Source of the DNA: Craspedostauros australis
Lineage: Eukaryota
NCBI GenBank assembly: GCA_030167865.1
Contig: JALAGF010004709.1
Span: 1 to 50,926, forward strand
Direction of reading: 5' to 3'
Length of the DNA: 50,926 bases
A program made the translations under genes and the position numbers. The notes beneath the pieces are model-generated. The model saw only the letters and a list, made by a program, of their open reading frames with translations. It had not been told where the DNA came from and did not search any database. Position 1 is the stretch's first letter, and the number at the start of each line of letters is the position of its first letter. This document shows, in pieces, positions 46,278 to 50,926 of this stretch.

Positions 46278-49200
46278 ATGAACACTACCAAGAATGCCGC
46301 TGCGGCTGACAAGAGTGTCAAGGGCATCACAATCATCGAGAACGCCCCTGCCGCTGGGAGCACTGCAACTGTCGCGAAGCCTGTGGCGACTACGAAGATG
46401 GTGAAGCCTGCGACGAAAGTGACGACAGCGAGTGTAGACAAGACACCTGTCAAGGCGGCAGTGGCAGTGGCAGTTGTTGCGCATGCCAAGAGCGCCGAGA
46501 AGCCCCCGACGTCCAAGGTGGTGGCAACCGCTGCAACTGCAGCCGTCAAGCCTGCTACGAAGACTCCGATCACTGTGGCTGCTGCGGATGAATCGAGCGG
46601 AGAGGAGACCGAAATCGCTGAGGATATCACGTGTGCCGCAGATGACGAAAGCAGCGCAGCGAAGACCACGAGCACCGCCCAGACCGCGACCACGGCCAAC
46701 ACCAAAAAGCTCCAGATTGCCGAAACTGCGAAAACAACCGCTACGCATGCGAACACCACCAAAACTGCGCCAACCACTGCGGATGTCAAGACTGCCGCGA
46801 GCGCCAAGGCGACCAAAGATGCTCAGAAACCCACAGATGCACAGCCGGCTGCGAGCGCACCCGTCGCAAAGCCCGCGAATGGAACAACCGAGAACACAGC
46901 GAGTGCCAATGTCACAGATAATGACGAGATGGAAGACGCCGATGACGATGGCGGCGATCGGGATTCAAAGGTTTCCAAAGCAACCAATTGGAGAGACGAG
47001 CTACCCAGCGAGTTGGAAGAGAAGGTACTGGCCGTCTCAGTGGGAAATGGCTTCTTCAATTGGGTTTCCCTGGGCAGCCGATCCCTGAACTTCCCATTGC
47101 AAATGTTTTGGAGGTGAGTATATGCCATGGGTATTGCTTCTACTGATGCAAACCGTCATGCAGGCGCAGTCATGGAGGGATGGAGGGATGCGGAAACCGC
47201 GCACGCAGGAGAACATTGCATCGCATCGAAAACACCAAGGCCGGCTCCTCCATCTCACGTCGCCTTGCTGAGGCGGTGAATGTTGCTTTGGATCTTGACT
47301 GGCCGACCATTCGCCATGGTCAGTCTGAATCGACCATGTTGTGGCGTGTTTGTCGGATGGCGATTCACGTCATCGTTTCAGCTTCATCTGCTTTCATTGC
47401 GTCCGCACACTCACTCACCATCCCACTCTGGCTGGCCGACCGTTGCTCTCTCTGTCTCTTTCTCTTTCTGAATATCGTTCGCCTGACCTGGCGTCGTGCA
47501 TTTTCAATATGGCACAACCCCTGCGTTTCGATGAAAACAATACGAGTAGATCACAAGTCCCGGAAGCGTCGCAGCGCGAGGAAGATCCTACCGCGCTTCT
47601 TTCGCGCCACATTCCCGGATCTTTGCTATCCTACATCTTCGGGGACGATAAATCAGCATCGCCCACTAAACTGTCCGGAATCCGCGAGGCGTCACAGAAG
47701 CGAATGCCCGTCCTGTGCATCGTGGCGATCGGCTCCAACGATGACAGTATGAAGGGTCTCGAATTCATCTTCCGTGACTACCCGCATCGGATCGTCCGCA
47801 TGCAAGACTCCGATGTCTTGGCACCGGAAGTGGCGAAGGGGCTGGACGTGGGGATCGATCGAAAGGTCGTCATCCGAGGAGCCATGGACAACGCCGATGG
47901 GCCATGCCTTGTCATTGACGCTGGCTCTCTCCTCTCCCATGACGCGTGCGATGGGAAGTCCAACTATCTCGGAGGAGGCATCGCCCCGGGCCTGCAAACC
48001 CGACTGCGTGCAATGAACACATGCAACGCAGCCATGCCAGCCTTGGATGTTGCGTACTGCGAAAAGCTGCTGGAGTCTGCAGAAAAGGAAAAGAAGCAGC
48101 TCTCCGTGCTGGGCAAGAACAGCATTGAAGATCAGATCGCGATCGGCGTGCTTTCTGATGTTTCAAACTACCTTCTCTCAATCATCACTGCATCCATGAT
48201 GAAGCTGAGCCAACAGAAAGCAAAAGGGGTGGCCAACCCTAAGGCAGAAAAGGGGCAGGCAACGCGCCCCCGTATCATCGCCACAGGGGGAGATGCGAAG
48301 ATTGTGAAGAAGCTCCTGCAGGGGTTGGAGAACTCGACGTACTTTGCACCCACCGGCAAGATCAACGTACCCAAAGTCGGAGTGGACTATGACCTGGAGG
48401 TTGACTACAGATTCATCCTTCACACCATCGCCAACATCATGCGCCAAAAGCACGAGGAAGTTTCCCATCAAAAGCATGCGCTTGATGGCATCAAAGATGA
48501 ACTTCTGGGACAAAGAGTGGCATGCTACTTCACTATCGCGGACGAGGACGGCGATTATCTGTTCCGGGGGACCATCTGCCGGAGTTCCTTCAGATCCCCA
48601 ATCGAAGATTCCTTCTTCGGAATCCGCTACGACGATGGTGACAGAGAAGACAAGGGCGTCCTCGACCTATACAGTACGTATGCAGAATGATGACCAGCTC
48701 GTATCAGAACGACGAAGGCCGGTTGTTTACTTGTCAAAAGTTGTCGACTCGTTGACCCATCCGTTTGCACATCCACTCACCCATCCGTTCGTCATCATGC
48801 TCACAAAAATGACACCCCTGCGTACATTCATCCCTTCGACTCCGTTCCATCCCATTCGCCGTTGTCATCATGAAACGCAGAGCTGCTTGCGCTGTACTGC
48901 AGCAAAGGCGAGAAGGCAACAATCCAAACGAAAGAGCATGCCGCCAAAATCGAGGGCTCAAAGGCTGCTATGGCAAAACTCGAGGAAATGTTTCCGAAGT
49001 TGAAGGAGTCTATCAAGGTGCAAGAAGAGAAGCGACAAACTCGGAAGAGAGTGAGCTGGTCCAGATCCGGCACGCCAAAAAAGCGACCTGGCCAGAACAC
49101 ACCGAAACGATCTGCAAAGAAACGCAAAGCGCCGCAGTCGGCGCGATTTGTTAATTGCCGCGTCGCCAAGGAGTTCTCCGACGGCACGAGCGCTCCCAAG

Positions 49201-49383
49201 ATATTCGAGGGCGTCGTCGATGGTATTGCCAAATTGCGAGGACGGTCCGAAACCCTCTGGCATGTCACGTATGAAGATGGCGATGATGAAGACCTGAACG
49301 AAACAGAGGTGAAAGAGTGCATCGCCATGTACCGAAAGTGCCACAGAACCGGACGAAAGAGGGTTCGCAGGCTGACAACCTAA
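46278..49383 (+). CDS. Type III (CoaX-like) pantothenate kinase-fold protein fused to two Tudor-like modules; exons 46278..47113, 47550..48673, 48881..49383 (alternative start 46089)
   Basis: PanK-III motifs LAVSVGNG, GIDR, CLVIDAGS, YLGGGIAPGL and IIATGGDA. Introns 47114-47549 (GTGAGT...TAG, phase 2) and 48674-48880 (GTACGT...CAG, phase 1) keep three separate ORFs in one frame. Two copies of RVAxxF...FxGxV/I...xxYxDGDxED. Confidence 0.8.
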
Positions 49384-50032
49384 CCATGGACCGGGGAGTG
49401 CGGTTGTGATTGGACTGCTCGCGGCGCGGGATGGTGTAGGAGTCTCCACCTGCGAAAGAGAGGGAGAGTGTGCATGAAAGTGTACCAAACGAGCAAGTAT
49501 TTAGTGCCAAAGATAGTAAAGATTGAGATTCGTGTCAAGTATGACTTCAATGGTGCCACATGGCGTGGCAGGGCCGAGGAGACCAGCCACTCACCTTTCG
49601 AGGCGTTTCATTAGTTGGCTTGAGAGCACAAACTCTTGCGCGCACATGCGTACAGTGCGCTTTGCGCACATTCGTCATTCAATGTCTTGAACGACCTCAC
49701 CGCCAACGCGATCCTCCGCCCACTCTCCGCGGCGGTCCTTTAGTCGGATATCGTCACGGCTTCAGCATATTACTCTTACTCATACTATCGACGACGGATT
49801 CGTGACACCAAAACAACAGCCATGCAGAGTCTGGATGAATGAAGCACTGTGTTCTACGAACATGTGAACATCCTCGCTCTTGTAGTATTCGGTTGGAGAA
49901 CCACCCGACCATCGTTTCCAACAACACTCTCTGGCATAGTATGGTATGCGTGCCGGGACGAGCCGAACAGAGCAGAGTACTCTATGTTCATTCATTCTAT
50001 GGTTACCGATACTTGCCCACGTACATATAATG

Positions 50033-50926
50033 CTACTGTGACATGATGAAGCTTGACATGGAATCTTGAGCGAGCCGCGTGTCGTCGAGGCCTGAGTCAT
50101 GAAAGTCATCGTTGTCGTGGTGTGCCCAGAGGCGCTTTTGCCGTCGCTGTTCCTCTACCGACCTTCTCATCGTCGACGAAGAGCATGCGCATCTGTGCGT
50201 GTTAATGGATTTGCTGGCTACCGCGTTGCTGGTGGGGATGACGGTTTGCCCATCTACGAGGACTGAGCAGATCTCGGTCAATGCCTTCACGACCATGGCA
50301 AAAGATGGGCGCTTGTCGGGGGATTGGTGCCAGCACGACGCGATGAGCTGGCGCAGCGCTTTGGATGGGATGGAGCGGCGTGACAGCTTGGGGCGGTGCC
50401 CTTCAACCACCACCTTGTGCTGCAGAGATTTGAAACAGCCGACGTCGTCGAAGGGCTTTCGGAGGGAACAGAGTTCGTAGAGTAGCACACCGAACGAGTA
50501 TACGTCGGCCTCGAAGGATGCTCTTCCGCAGAACATCTCAGGCGCCATGTACCGAGGAGATCCGGCCACCTCTCCACGCGACGAGGCGCTTTGGGGACGT
50601 TCGTACAGCCGCCTTTGTGCGAAGCCGAAGTCGAACAGCTTGACGATGCCGCGGTCATCGAAGCCGATGTTTGCTGGTTTCAGGTCGCGGTACAGAATGC
50701 CGTTTGCGTGCAGGTGCTGCATGGCTTTCGCCACGCCCAATCCAACATGGTGCACACGATGGACCAGCTGATGGGCTGCCGTGCGCGTCTTCTTCCATGG
50801 GAAGAGCTGGCGGCAAAGGGTCCTGGGTGCGAGGTCGGCATCATGCACCGCGTGGTCAACATCCCTCCAGCACTTCAACTTCTCGTAGAGGTTGCACTCC
50901 AGCCTGTCCAATACCAGGAAGTGCTG
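50033..50926 (-). CDS. Ser/Thr (TKL-like) protein kinase, C-terminal part; 5' end lies beyond the window
   Basis: Motifs ILYRDLKPANIGFD, KLFDFG, AGSPRYMAPE, DVYSFGVLLYE and CWHQSPDKRPSF. The reading frame is open to the window edge. Confidence 0.92.
   Translation of the reverse strand, partial: QHFLVLDRLECNLYEKLKCWRDVDHAVHDADLAPRTLCRQLFPWKKTRTAAHQLVHRVHHVGLGVAKAMQHLHANGILYRDLKPANIGFDDRGIVKLFDFGFAQRRLYERPQSASSRGEVAGSPRYMAPEMFCGRASFEADVYSFGVLLYELCSLRKPFDDVGCFKSLQHKVVVEGHRPKLSRRSIPSKALRQLIASCWHQSPDKRPSFAMVVKALTEICSVLVDGQTVIPTSNAVASKSINTHRCACSSSTMRRSVEEQRRQKRLWAHHDNDDFHDSGLDDTRLAQDSMSSFIMSQ

Noticed and set aside
1-50926. tRNA, rRNA, CRISPR arrays, prokaryotic operon or terminator signals
   Set aside because: None recognisable by eye. 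The DNA is eukaryotic with spliceosomal introns, and the repeats seen are simple microsatellites without spacers. A tRNAscan/Infernal run would be needed to exclude small ncRNAs.

Overview
Eukaryotic genomic DNA, most consistent with a diatom or related stramenopile. The evidence is GT/GC-AG spliceosomal introns, several signal peptides followed by 'xAF'-type plastid-targeting motifs, and CA-rich 5' leaders; the species cannot be named from sequence alone. About 17 genes are supportable. In order: a frameshifted, gap-containing piggyBac-like transposase; an IAH1-like SGNH esterase; a 2-exon ankyrin-repeat protein; an unknown, probably plastid-targeted protein; a 2-exon STAND/AAA_16-type ATPase; SDHAF2; RRP15; a degenerate opine-dehydrogenase-like protein; a bacterial-type YbhB/YbcL PEBP protein; a small secreted Glu/Lys/Cys-rich protein; a long-chain acyl-CoA synthetase; a DUF819 membrane protein; an mTERF protein; a class II O-methyltransferase; two tandem cysteine synthases; a 3-exon gene; and a truncated protein kinase. 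The most striking item is the 3-exon gene, which the ORF track splits into three ORFs. Spliced, it encodes a bacterial-type (type III/CoaX) pantothenate kinase fold fused to two Tudor-like modules and a basic NLS-like linker. Next most notable is the cysteine synthase tandem pair: near-identical cores, but plastid-like versus mitochondrial-like presequences, and a GT versus GC splice donor at the same intron position. All family assignments are from motif recognition; no database searches were run.
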